A stretch of DNA of 62,628 nt, counting the filler, from Corallochytrium limacisporum Hawaii (lineage: Eukaryota; Protista; Pluriformea), in assembly GCA_002811645.1 (NCBI GenBank). It is 4 parts of 4 records of this genome, joined end to end, with 100 filler letters (N's around TTAATTAATTAA, not from the genome) between each part and the next. Parts side by side here need not be neighbours in the genome. Positions count along the whole stretch, not along the records: positions 26,520 to 52,605 come from PDIP01000186.1; 3 more parts are not named here. The stretch is one strand, 5' to 3'. Of the stretch, positions 29,807-42,113 are shown in pieces (position 1 is the first letter of the stretch; each line of letters begins with the position of its first letter). Position numbers and translations under genes: made by a program. A model generated the notes under the pieces. That model was not told the DNA's origin and did no database searches. It saw only the letters and a list, made by a program, of their open reading frames with translations.

Positions 29807-32423
29807 CCGATTCTCCAGGTCTAACCCGCGTTTCAAATTGGCCCCACGTATCAGCGCGCAGAGAAATGGAGAAGGAGAGCAACCGGAACAGGGATCCCAT
29901 CTACGGCTGGGGGACACTGAACGGAGGATGAAACAAACCGACCATGACACCATCTCCCGCGGGAGGCAATGGAACTAAAAATCCCCAAGGGCAATACGCG
30001 ATCCCAAACGCCTGAAACAGAGTCCTGGGTAAAAAAAAAGAAATAAAGTAAAATAAGCCAACCCAAGAACACGGCCCGGCCGCCTCTACCTTTCCCCCCT
30101 TTTGGGCACCGGCCCCTTTTTCTCCCCTCCCCAAGTCCCACCCGCCCCCACCGCGGAGGGGGGGGTTGGAAAGGAGGGCGGGATGCCGAGTAGGGCGCAC
30201 GGGATGCACCGCGACCACTGATAGTGGAGTTTATTCTTATAGACCAACTTTAACTTAGTGTGCAAGAAAAAAAAATAACCCAGGGTCTAAAGGCACGGGA
30301 AGAAGGAAATTGGATATCTGTCTCTTTGTACTTTTTTTCCTTGTTTTAAAAGTTTGGATCACTGTGCAATGTGCTAATGGTTGCACTCGTGCTCACGATC
30401 GGATCGCTCTGACTGATATCAGATGGAGCATCGAAGGGGAAATGGACGAATAACAATGATCACCAAGGAAGGAAGGACACGGATATAGTAATAGACGATA
30501 CGCAGTGGTGCGTACGTACTGCAATATGCGTTGGTGACACGCCTCTCAACATTGGGTAGGATTGTTGGCATGTGCTAGCTACCTTTGGATCCATCGTAGA
30601 ATATTTACACAACTGCAACGTCACAGACATTGGCAATAGCCGGGTCCTCATACTTGGCTGTTCAGCATCCCCGCAAACACCGATGAGGAAGGAACTGTGG
30701 GTACTCTGAATGGCAAAATCGTTCCAGCTGACCATGATATTCTGAATGGCTCACAAATTATATACAATGCGTCATTGGCGCTTTACGTTCCTGCCCGGGT
30801 GGGTCAGCCATTGCCCGCTGGTGATCGGGGAACGGCAAGCACAACCGTGTCCAGAAGCCCATCGACCCACGGAACCAAAAAAAACCTACCCCCTCCACTC
30901 CCGGCGGACCTCCCCCCCCGGGGGGGGGGGCTCCCACTTCCAGTTTGTCATACGTATCGATAGTCGGTTGGGGTCCGCGAGTTTGCCCCGGGGGGGAGGG
31001 GGTGGTATAGAGTGGGCTTCTTCGCGGCGAGGATGGGTGAACAACAAACACTTCCACATCAACCTTTGAGGAGATGCGGTAGGAAATTAAGCCACTACCC
31101 TTAGGCCAATGATAGTTTACTTCTCCCGCCCCCCTCCCTCTTCACTCCCAGTCCTGAGTGACCGNNNNNNNNNNNNNNNNNNNNNNNNNNNNNNNNNNNN
31201 NNNNNNNNNNNNNNNNNNNNNNNNNNNNNNNNNNNNNNNNNNNNNNNNNNNNNNNNNNNNNNNNNNNNNNNNNNNNNNNNNNNNNNNNNNNNNNNNNNNN
31301 NNNNNNNNNNNNNNNNNNNNNNNNNNNNNNNNNNNNNNNNNNNNNNNNNNNNNNNNNNNNNNNNNNNNNNNNNNNNNNNNNNNNNNNNNNNNNNNNNNNN
31401 NNNNNNNNNNNNNNNNNNNNNNNNNNNNNNNNNNNNNNNNNNNNNNNNNNNNNNNNNNNNNNNNNNNNNNNNNNNNNNNNNNNNNNNNNNNNNNNNNNNN
31501 NNNNNNNNNNNNNNNNNNNNNNNNNNNNNNNNNNNNNNNNNNNNNNNNNNNNNNNNNNNNNNNNNNNNNNNNNNNNNNNNNNNNNNNNNNNNNNNNNNNN
31601 NNNNNNNNNNNNNNNNNNNNNNNNNNNNNNNNNNNNNNNNNNNNNNNNNNNNNNNNNNNNNNNNNNNNNNNNNNNNNNNNNNNNNNNNNNNNNNNNNNNN
31701 NNNNNNNNNNNNNNNNNNNNNNNNNNNNNNNNNNNNNNNNNNNNNNNNNNNNNNNNNNNNNNNNNNNNNNNNNNNCAACCAACCGATGGCTAGGCACGGG
31801 GGGTCCAATGCACCCGCGTGTACAACTCCATTCCATTTTAAGGCAATGTGAACAGCAAGAGATCACCGTGCGCTCATGGACTTAAAGAAAGCAAGGGAAA
31901 TAGTGGATGATCATACAAGCACCTTACTTTCATCAAATATTTGTCTTTCATGTGTACTACCCAAGTGCGCCTTAGCGCAAACCTGATCTCATGTGACTGT
32001 AACATAGGAGAATGAGCCGCATGCCCTTGGGGCACACACTGAGCTAGTTTTGTTGTGCCACCCACGCACTGTATGACCAAATCTCGCAGTGACATTTTAC
32101 CATTCAGTAACCATCATCATCCCGAAACATGCACCAATGCACCCTGAACATGATGGAATCGGCCTTTGCGGTAGTGCGCACAACACACGTTGGAAACCAG
32201 CCCCGTAGTGGACAATACACACATCCGTTCGACCCCCTGGCCCCCCGGGGGTGGGGGTTTTCGACAGACACCCGTCTTTTTCGGTCAATTTCGGCCCGTC
32301 CCAATCCATCCTTTTCCCAGGGACCCCGTGGCCAGCGGGTTTGCACTACAAAGCAAAAGAGAGAGGGGGCAGTTTTCGTGCGGGACCCTGGAGAAACTGG
32401 CCCAGAGGCGAGGGACACTGAGC

Positions 32424-32815
<392 letters not shown>

Positions 32816-33170
32816 AAAATTAGAGAGCGAGCGGCGAATTTACGCCGTGTTCGCGTGTGCGTCTTTTGCATCCAAATATTTTCTTCTTCCTTTATTTTTT
32901 TTTGTTTCCCACTTTTTCCTTTTTCTCGGACTCTCTCTCTCTCTCTCGCTCCTCTGGGCCTCTCTCTACGGGCAGGCAAAACCAAAATAAATAAATAAAC
33001 AAAATCTCCCCCTCCCTTAACACCCCCCCCCCCCCGGGGGCCGGGGGGGGGGNNNNNNNNNNNNNNNNNNNNNNNNNNNNNNNNNNNNNNNNNNNNNNNN
33101 NNNNNNNNNNNNNNNNNNNNNNNNNNNNNNNNNNNNNNNNNNNNAAAAAAAAAAAAAAAAAAAAAAAACA

Positions 33171-33201
<31 letters not shown>

Positions 33202-35779
33202 GGGGGGCCGGGGGGGGGGTTGTCTTCTCCCTTCACAGTACCCCCAAATATGGCACAGTGCTGAAGCAGCAGTCGATGCACTCACGGGCACGCAGGACAG
33301 CGGGGCAAAACAAAAAGAAAGTCAAAAGAAAAAAAAGAGAAAAAAGGAGAACAAACCTCCCCTCCCTCCCCCAGCGTAAACCTCCCCCCGGGGCCTTGTG
33401 CAGTTCAAGTGTGGTTCGGAACGAAACTCGTCAGCCATCCACCTCACACGCTCCCTCGGCGTTCTTCTACATGCGTGTGCTGTGGATGGCGATGCGGCAC
33501 AGTTTCGGATCGGTTTGGCCGGTGCGTGGTTACGGGCTGCTGCTTTGGATGGCTGCTGTTAATCCCAAGTCACTTTCAACTCCCTGTGCGCCGAAGACGT
33601 CATCCGGGCGTGAGTAAGGACCGGATCCCCCCCCCCTCTCCCCCATTTTAGGCCGGAGGGGAGATATAACAAAAGGGGGGAAAGCAAGTCGAGAGGGGGC
33701 CCGATCGCCGTACTGAATGAATGGGGACTTCATCGCCGATTTACACGCATGTGTTTTTGTTTCGGTGCTTCTTCGTCCCTGTCCAACTCTGTGTGCGTGG
33801 GGAGGGACTCTCTGTGAGACAGAGAGAGCACAGGGACAATTTTGTTTTTCTTTTATTTTCTCTTTGGGTTAGCCGCGCCGAAAGAGCCAAGAGAAAAGAT
33901 ACCCGGCCAGGGAAGGAGGAGGAGGGGGGGGGGATTGTGCAAGGATCGCGAGAGAGTCCGTGTGGGTGTAGGAGGGATTGGGGGGGGGACCGTGAGGAAG
34001 GGAGGGATGGGGGGGGGGACGGGGTGCNNNNNNNNNNNNNNNNNNNNNNNNNNNNNNNNNNNNNNNNNNNNNNNNNNNNNNNNNNNNNNNNNNNNNNNNN
34101 NNNNNNNNNNNNNNNNNNNNNNNNNNNNNNNNNNNNNNNNNNNNNNNNNNNNTCGAAAGTGGGAGGAGAGAGTTTTGGCTGCAAACGAGCGGGAAGCGCG
34201 CGCGCAGTCGCAGCGCACTTGGAAAAACTGAAACGGGAGAAAAAAAATGAAAGGTTCGGGGATAGACCTTATTTTGAGAGGAGGGTTTCGGGGACACCGT
34301 TCATGATGGTTTCATCTTTGTTTGGTCCAGGGTTGTTCGTTTGGAGGATGCTTGGCATCGGTTGGGTTCCATGTGTATTTTTCTTTTGCTTTCTTTGTTT
34401 GGCAATGTGATCCGAACTGGCGGCTCATTGGATGATGCCTACGCTTTGATCTTTGTTCCGTGTGCGCACTGTGCCCAGCTGCCAAAGATCACAGTCGCGG
34501 CTAGGGGAGACTACGTTCCATCTGGTTTAGGGGAGGAGAAGGGCAAGACCTGATCACGTCTCACAGGGCAAAAACACTTTCCGAAGCATGGTAACTGCAC
34601 CGTTGCATCATGACACAAGTTAATCTCGTAGATTGCTCTGCCACCAAAACTGGACTGCGCCCTGCAGCCACAAGGCCAGGAGAAGGGCTTTCGCCGTGCC
34701 AGCCACAGCAATATATCTCAGCCGCGGTAAATTCGATTAGGTATGCGAACCTATACAACATCCGAGTCGTATCTGTTCATGAGTCACGTCAAAAAGGAAA
34801 CCACTTACTCACCGCACCAGGGTTACACGTAGCACCTTACTGTGCGGTAAACGCAAGCGATGGACACACCCACTGTGACCCGTCACATGGGCTAGCAATA
34901 GCTTTCAGTTGGCGGGGCATCGATGGATGGATTGTTGGATTGATAAGCGATGAATTGGGACACTGAATTATGCGCAGAGGCCACGGCCGTATACAGTTAG
35001 CGGTGTGTATTGCGTTATGCCAACAGAGTAACAACACGACGATGCTTGGTTTGTCCAAGGGAGCACCCCTCACATGTCCCCATTGCTTCGTGCTGGTAGA
35101 AAGCCCCCTGCGTCCGATGTTGCCATGTGGTCAATATCTCACAAGAAGACTTTGAGGCCGTCCGCGAGCGAGCGCGGATGTGGGGGGGTGTTGCGCGCAC
35201 GCATTGGCCATCAGTGTCCAGTCCCTGGTTTTCTCTTGCCACCGTCTGTATACCTACAACACTGGGTTTTCGGGGATGGAAGGGGGAGGAACACAGGTGG
35301 GGCGTCCGTCCCGGGGGGGGGGGTGAACCCGGGGGGACAAAACGGGTTTTNNNNNNNNNNNNNNNNNNNNNNNNNNNNNNNNNNNNNNNNNNNNGGGAAT
35401 CCGGGGGGACACAATCGGTTTTTGTTTCAAAAAAAAAAAAATCTGCTGTGTATTGTTACTTGTCTGCTTCTTCCGATGGGGTACGTAGCGCAGCCCCGCC
35501 TGGCCCCTCGTTGGGTACGAGACAAAGAAACATACCAGGTTTGACCGTGTTCCGCTCTCTCCCACTTGTATACGTCTGGTCCCCATGCCCTTCGTTTGTA
35601 CATTGGCGGCTAAGTATCTTCCTTTAAACCCTTTGACAGCAAGCTGTGGAACAAGGTGGGTTGCAGAGTATCCCCCGAGCGGTATCATCCTTCTTTCGGT
35701 CACTGACAGAAACTGTCCTCCTTCTCTCCTGCATGCTACCCTGCCATCTGCTCCTGTTGCGGTTTATCTAACGTCCTGC

Positions 35780-37478
35780 CTAAATCTCCCTCTGGTGAGC
35801 ACTGGGACAGAAGAGGTACGACTGATACCCGCCAGACAGATTGAATGCATTTAGTCCATTTGCTCTGAGCATGCGTACCGCACTGTGGCTCCTTTGTCCG
35901 CTCTCACAGAAGACGTAGATGGGCCGATCGGTGGGCAGCGTTTGCATTCTCCCGCGTAGTTCACTGAAGGGAACGCCATGAGCTTTAGGGTAGGTGCCTT
36001 TAGAAACCTCTTCTGGGTCCCGTACGTCGATAACGAACGGTTCCGGCTGTGGATTGTCCACCAGCAGACTGCGCCAGGTCACGGTGTGCTCATAACCGCG
36101 GATGACATTGGAGGCGATCTGTCCAGCAAAGTTCACTGGGTCCTTCGCACTGCCAAATTGCGGCGCATAACAGAGTTCTACGTCCTCCATGTGGTGTACC
36201 GTTCCGTCAAATTGCATAAGTGTGGCAATGACATCGATGCGCTTCTCTGTACCGCCGGACTCCCGGCTACCCACAGCTTGGCAACCCAGGATTCTGCCTG
36301 TCTTTGGATCAAAGATCAGTTTCATATGCATACGAGCGGCACCAGGGTAATACTCGGCGTGACTAAAGGGATGAAGGTAAATGCTTGCGTACGCAGGCCA
36401 TTGAGCTCGCTCCAGGGTCTTCTCTGAACATCCCGTGCTGGCCACCGTCAGGCCAAAGATACCACAAACTGCAGACCCCACCCATCCTTTGTACACGGCG
36501 TTTATGTCTCTGTTGTCGCTGGTGATGTTGTCAGCGGCAATGCGGCCCATACGGTTTGCAGGTCCAGCCATCGCGAATACTGAGCTTTCTTCTGTCACAA
36601 TATTCTTAGACTCGACTGCATCACCGACAGCATAAATGTAGGGATCTGAGGTACGCATTCGCTCGTCAACAACGATACCTCGGCTGCAATCGAGACCAGC
36701 ATCGTTTGCTAGGGCTATCTCCGGGCGCACTCCTATGCTGAGCACAACCATGTCAGTCTGGAGATTAAGACCGTTTCGAGTAATGGCGCACAGAGCGGCA
36801 CTGGCACCGTCACCTTGCCGAAATTCCTCCACACTGTCACCGAGGACGACTTTGACCCCGTTCTTTTTCAGCTCCTTCTGGGCAATGTAGGCCATCTCCG
36901 GGTCTAGTGGAGGCAGGACTTGGTTCGCCAGGTCGATCACAGTCACTTCGATCCCACGGTGCACCCAAATTTTCGGCCATTTCCAAACCCACAAACCCAG
37001 CGCCTACCACCACGGCTTTCTGCACTTGCTGTTCTTCGATCCACTGCGTAACCCAATCGACGTCTGTGACCCGCCGGATTGTAAAGATCCCTGGTAGGTC
37101 TATACCCGGCAACGGTGGTCGTACCGGTGCGGCACCCGGGGCCAGAACGAGAAAATCGTAGCTGTCCTCGCCCGTCGTTCCGTCCGATTTTTTCCATTCA
37201 ACCTTCTTCGTTGCGGGTTTGATCGCAGTCACTGTTGTCTCGACCCGTACCTCTATTTTGAACCGGTCTGCCATTTCCTGTGGCGTGGTGATCAATAAGT
37301 GTTTGCGTTCTTGTATCACACCACCGACGTAATACGGCAGACCACAGTTTGCAAAGGAAACATGAGAACCTCTCTCAAACATAACTATGTCCATGGTTTC
37401 ATCGTTCCGGCGCAGACGAGCGGCAGCAGAAGCGCCGCCGGCCACGCCGCCGACGATGATCGTACGTTTCTGGTGCAT
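35780..37478 (-). CDS. CoA-disulfide reductase/persulfide reductase with C-terminal rhodanese (CoADR-RHD), split by a single +1 frameshift near 36965
   Basis: 5' ORF: IIVGGVAGGASAAARLRR, SFANCGLPY, VVVGAGFVGLEMAENL. 3' ORF continues VHRGIEVT..., IYAVGDA, AGPANRMGR, YYPGA, LCYAPQFGSAKDPVN and rhodanese IDVRDPEE...FCESGQRS. Removing one G from TTGGGTG restores ENLVHRG. Confidence 0.9.
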
Positions 37479-38302
37479 CTTCTCCGGTCTGCCAACATGA
37501 CCCACTCATGGACTTCACACGGGATGTGTCGTCCCCGTCTTTTCCCCATGGAAGACTACCTTGTTGCTTTGATGTACCTGATCATCACCATGGTGCATCC
37601 TTCCGCTGGCCCGTGTTGCTCATTGTCGGGTCTTTAACGAAATCACTCGGTTCCTATCACCCGACAGTGCCAAAACATGCTGGTCCCTCACCCCACCCCC
37701 CGACCGTTCGAACACTGGTGCGCAAGCGGGCGACGAATTCGGGACCCACCGAGCGAGATAATACGCGACTTGCAAGGTCTAGCAGAGAGCCCCAACCCCA
37801 ACCCCGCTCGTTTCAAGAAGCCGACGCACGGAACCCCCCTCCCGGGGGGGGGGGCCGCCCCCCCCCTTTTCAATGGAAACCTACCACCGACACCGCCAAC
37901 GATTGGCGAGGTGCCAATTTTTTGCATCGAACGGATACGGACTGTTCCGCAAGGGTCCAGGGGCCCCGTTCCCGTGTTTTTACGTTTTCGCAAGTTTCGG
38001 CCGCGGACGGCCCCGCTTTCGCCTTGCGCACCGGGGCAGTGGCTGAGGGATTGGTGTCTGGTGCCGACACGCGAAGGATTGCTTGGTCTCTGGCTTTCTT
38101 CCCTGCTCTATGTCGTTGGTTGCAGAACGAGCCAGGGTGTTTCAACGTTCCGTCTGGCTGATCTGGTTGTGCTTTCGACTATGTGATTATTTGCGGACGT
38201 TCGGTATCCACTGAGCTGGTGAGAAGATGGAGTGAAGAACCTGAGAATCTGGATGTCCCGGCTGTGCGAAATAAATTAGATCTGTATCCGCAAATCACAG
38301 TC

Positions 38303-39466
38303 ATGCCTCGAATTCTGCGGGTCGAGAACACTGCGAACAAGTCCAAAGAGGCAAAAAGTCCTGTAGAGGCCAATAAAAACAAGCAATCGAAGAAAAGTTC
38401 AGATAAGGTTGACCGGTGTCAATGGCCAGGGCACGAGGGTGACCCAGTCATTGAATACTATCATGACCATGAGTGGTCCGCACCGAAGGTAGACCAGGCT
38501 CTGATCTTTGAGCAAATCATTCTTCACATCTTCCAGGCGGGATTGAATGTGAGAATGATCTACAGTAAACGGGAAAACTTTGCGAAGGCTTTCAAGGAGT
38601 ATGATCTCAAGAAGATTGCCGCCATGGACAATCCACGGGACTTTGACAAGCTGATGTCAAAGAGCACTGGAATTATTGCCAACCGTGCAAAGATATTGGC
38701 AACCATAGAGAATGCAAAGGTTGCACAGCGGGTGATGCGTGAAAAGAAGTGCACTCTCGCTGAATTTCTATTTTCCCGGTACTCAGTGCCTGATCTGAAG
38801 TGGTATGATGCCGCTCGCAAGTCGGACAAGGACGCATCAGGGTTCGAGACCTGGGTACCTGTATCCAAACGAATGTCGAAGGAAATGAAGGCTCTCGGCT
38901 TCAAATTCTTGGGTCCGAGCGTTTGCTTTGGCATTATGATGAGTTGTGGGCTGCTGAATTTGCACCAGCGGCGATGCTTCCGCCACGATCAGGTCAACCG
39001 CGAATTCGAGAAACTAAAGAAACAACTCTTCGTCGCCAATCTCATGGAGGAGAGGCCCCTTCCAGAAACAGAGATCAAAGCGGAGGAGAAGGACACGGCA
39101 GCGATCGCCAAGCTTAAAGCGAAGGTAAAGAAACAGAAGGAACTGCAGAAGAGCAAAAGCAAGTCCAAGTTATCGCCCAAGGCCAAGGCTAAAGCCAAAG
39201 CCAAAGCCAAAAGCAAAGCCAAAGCCAAAGCCAAAAGCAAAGCCAAAGCCAAAGCCAAAGGCAAAGGCAAAGCCAAGCCCAAAGCCAAGCCCAAGCCCAA
39301 AGCCAAAGTCAAAGCCAAAACCAAACCCAAAGTCAAAGCCAAAACCAAACCCAAAGCTAAAGCCAAAACCAAACCCAAAGCTAAAGCCAAAGCCAACACT
39401 AAATCAAAGTCGAGGGTGACGGCAAAGGCAAGGTCAAGGAAATCGACATCAGTGCGCAAACAGTGA
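38303..39466 (+). CDS. DNA-3-methyladenine glycosylase I (Tag)-fold protein fused to a Lys/Ala/Pro-rich histone-H1-like tail
   Basis: RCQW...[43 protein letters not shown]; tail of [14 protein letters not shown] repeats. First in-frame ATG at 38303. Confidence 0.88.
   Translation: MPRILRVENTANKSKEAKSPVEANKNKQSKKSSDKVDRCQWPGHEGDPVIEYYHDHEWSAPKVDQALIFEQIILHIFQAGLNVRMIYSKRENFAKAFKEYDLKKIAAMDNPRDFDKLMSKSTGIIANRAKILATIENAKVAQRVMREKKCTLAEFLFSRYSVPDLKWYDAARKSDKDASGFETWVPVSKRMSKEMKALGFKFLGPSVCFGIMMSCGLLNLHQRRCFRHDQVNREFEKLKKQLFVANLMEERPLPETEIKAEEKDTAAIAKLKAKVKKQKELQKSKSKSKLSPKAKAKAKAKAKSKAKAKAKSKAKAKAKGKGKAKPKAKPKPKAKVKAKTKPKVKAKTKPKAKAKTKPKAKAKANTKSKSRVTAKARSRKSTSVRKQ
39179..39395 (+). repeat. Coding tandem repeat built from AAAGCC-type hexamers
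   Basis: Encodes (KA)n, KAKAKAKS and KAKTKP units in the Tag tail. Confidence 0.9.
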
Positions 39467-40568
39467 ACGTGCTATGTGTAGGAGTAGATGAAATAAAGGT
39501 TGAAGAGTGATGAACCATTTCCAAAAGAACGGACTTTATGTTGACATGGTTTACCAAGAAAGGTAAGAAAAATCAAAGGAGCAACGTGAGCATGCATGGT
39601 ACATCGTTATCCAATCGCCATCAATCATTCGGGCAAAGCACATAGAACCCCCATGGAAATAGAGTCTACAGTCCTTACTTGCGGAGAAGTGCTTCCGGTG
39701 GATCAATTGTTTCGGCACTAAGAATGCGCAATGATACCACGAGAATGTTACTTTTGCTTACATACTGTTTAAACATTCTACAAGAGGACATATCACGTAC
39801 CAACGTATTACAATACCCCCACCAACGCGTCCGAAAGCTAGGCACAGCATCAGCGGCTGTCCACGCAGACATCCCGTCATTCGTCATACTCCCACAATCG
39901 CCCTCTCCCGCAGCCCCTGGTGCGAGTACGAGGGGGAGCACCGTCTTAGCAGTGACGCGCTTCTCCCAATGGGGGTTCTTGGTGAATTCGAACCTCTCTC
40001 GCTTTCGCTTCCCACCCCCCNNNNNNNNNNNNNNNNNNNNNNNNNNNNNNNNNNNNNNNNNNNNNNNNNNNNNNNNNNNNNNNNNNNNNNNNNNNNNNNN
40101 NNNNNNNNNNNNNNNNNNNNNNNNNNNNNNNNNNNNNNNNNNNNNNNNNNNNNNNNNNNNNNNNNNNNNNNNNNNNNNNNNNNNNNNNNNNNNNNNNNNN
40201 NNNNNNNNNNNNNNNNNNNNNNNNNNNNNNNNNNNNNNNNNNNNNCCCGGGGGTGGGGTTGCTCCCCATCTCTTTGCGGGTCTCACATGCGAAACTCGCA
40301 ATGCCGCGGCAATGATTTTTCCATATAGAAACTATGGAATCCTGCCCGAGAGGCCGGACAGCCGCGGCGGTTTGTGTGGGCAAAGGGACAGGACGGATCA
40401 CAGTGCGGACAAGCGGAGTGCGCATTAGCCGCTCAGGAATGTTATTGCCATATTGACGAATGGGATCGCCACTAGGTATATCAAGTCAGCGCCCATAAGA
40501 GGACCTCTAGACATACTCTCACAAAATAGAGTTCGGTAAGGAGGAGGGCAACCTGAGAGTGTAGAAGT

Positions 40569-42113
40569 ATGTCACTTCTAAATCTTGTTCCAGGTGGGAC
40601 AGTGGGCCTCCTTGCAGGCATCCTCCTAACATTTGTGGCGATAGCTGTGGTACGTACTGCCATTGCATACAGTTCAATTTTCAAGGTCAAAAATTTCTAC
40701 CCATTCCGTGACTATGCACTCAATGAACTGCCATGTGAGTCTCCTATGGTGTTTCGCTTCATGCGTAAGGTTTCTGCCAGCCTGAATGGCTACGGTGTGT
40801 TCTGGCTCGGGCCCTTGCCTTTCCTTTTCCTGGCTCGGGGTAAGTACGCACAGCATGTGTTGAAAAGTCAGCTTCATCTGCAGAAAGGCCGGATCGCTGA
40901 CGCCATGAAGCCTCTGCTGGGAGACGGTCTGCTGACCGGACCCAACGATATTTGGAGGACCCACCGCCGTAAATTGACCAATACTTTCCATTTCGATGTG
41001 CTCAAAGACTACTTTCTGACAATGACAGATTGTGTAGACGAGTGTATTGCAATTCTCGATGATAAAATCCAGCAGGGTGACAACGGAAAGGTAGAAATTA
41101 ATGATTTCACACCCAGGTGCCTTCGTCTTACTCTAGACCTGATCAATCGCACTGCCATGGGACGAGACCTCGGACTGCAGCGGGATGGAGTAGACCATGC
41201 ATATATGTATTCTGTGGAGCGCGCTGATCAGCTGGCCAGCATCCGGCCATTCAATCCCATCTGGCAGGTTAGTGACCTTGCATTCTATTGCAGTGCCAAG
41301 GGCCAAGAGTTTCTGCGGCACCTCGAGGTGGTACACGCAGAGCGCGATGCGGTTATTTCAGCTCGGAGAAAGGAACTAGAGCTGAATGATGGCGCCCTAG
41401 CCAGTCATGTTGACGAGAAACGAATCAAAAAAGGACGCCTCTCGTTCTTGGACCTTCTGTTGACTGCCAAGAACCCTGATGGGACTCCGTCCTTTTCTGA
41501 CAAGGAGATCGGTGACGAGATTCAAACCTTCATGTTTGCAGGCCACGACACCACAGCCTCCACATTGGCGTTTGCACTGTGGGAGATCGCACGCAACAAA
41601 GACGTTCAGGAACGAATGCAGAAGGAACTGGACGAGTTCTTCGAGGGCGGTGATCTGACTATTGAGCGCCTCCCTGAGCTTTCTTATCTCGGAGCAGTGC
41701 TCAAAGAAGTTCTGCGCAAATGGCCTGCTGCGCCATTCCTAGTCCGATGTCTTGCTGATGATCTGACCATTGAAGACGTGACATACCCCAAGGGCATGCA
41801 AGTCATCTGGTCCCCCGAACTTATCAACAATCACCCCGAAGACTGGATAGAACCTACCAAGTTTGATCCAGAGCGCTTCACGGACGACAATCCCCTTCCC
41901 CACCCTTATGCCTTTGTGCCCTTCAGTGCGGGACCCCGCAACTGCATCGGAATGAAGTTTGCACAGAACATGCTTAAAATTTCACTGGCCAAAATGGTGC
42001 ACAGGTTTAATATTGATTCTCCTCGGGAGACCATGGAAAATGATATTGTGGTCGTAAACAAGCCACTGGACGATTTCCCCATTGTATTCACGGTCCGCAC
42101 CGTGGCAACCTGA
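40569..42113 (+). CDS. Cytochrome P450, CYP4-clan-like
   Basis: N-terminal TM anchor; WRTHR, TFMFAGHDTT (I-helix), KEVLR (ExxR), FDPERF, PFSAGPRNCIG (heme Cys). Confidence 0.96.
   Translation: MSLLNLVPGGTVGLLAGILLTFVAIAVVRTAIAYSSIFKVKNFYPFRDYALNELPCESPMVFRFMRKVSASLNGYGVFWLGPLPFLFLARGKYAQHVLKSQLHLQKGRIADAMKPLLGDGLLTGPNDIWRTHRRKLTNTFHFDVLKDYFLTMTDCVDECIAILDDKIQQGDNGKVEINDFTPRCLRLTLDLINRTAMGRDLGLQRDGVDHAYMYSVERADQLASIRPFNPIWQVSDLAFYCSAKGQEFLRHLEVVHAERDAVISARRKELELNDGALASHVDEKRIKKGRLSFLDLLLTAKNPDGTPSFSDKEIGDEIQTFMFAGHDTTASTLAFALWEIARNKDVQERMQKELDEFFEGGDLTIERLPELSYLGAVLKEVLRKWPAAPFLVRCLADDLTIEDVTYPKGMQVIWSPELINNHPEDWIEPTKFDPERFTDDNPLPHPYAFVPFSAGPRNCIGMKFAQNMLKISLAKMVHRFNIDSPRETMENDIVVVNKPLDDFPIVFTVRTVAT

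Noticed and set aside
35326-35425. Imperfect direct repeat (AACCCGGGGGGACAAAACGGGTTTT / AATCCGGGGGGACACAATCGGTTTTT) on both sides of a gap
   Set aside because: Could be low-quality overlapping contig ends; not supportable as an array or CRISPR.
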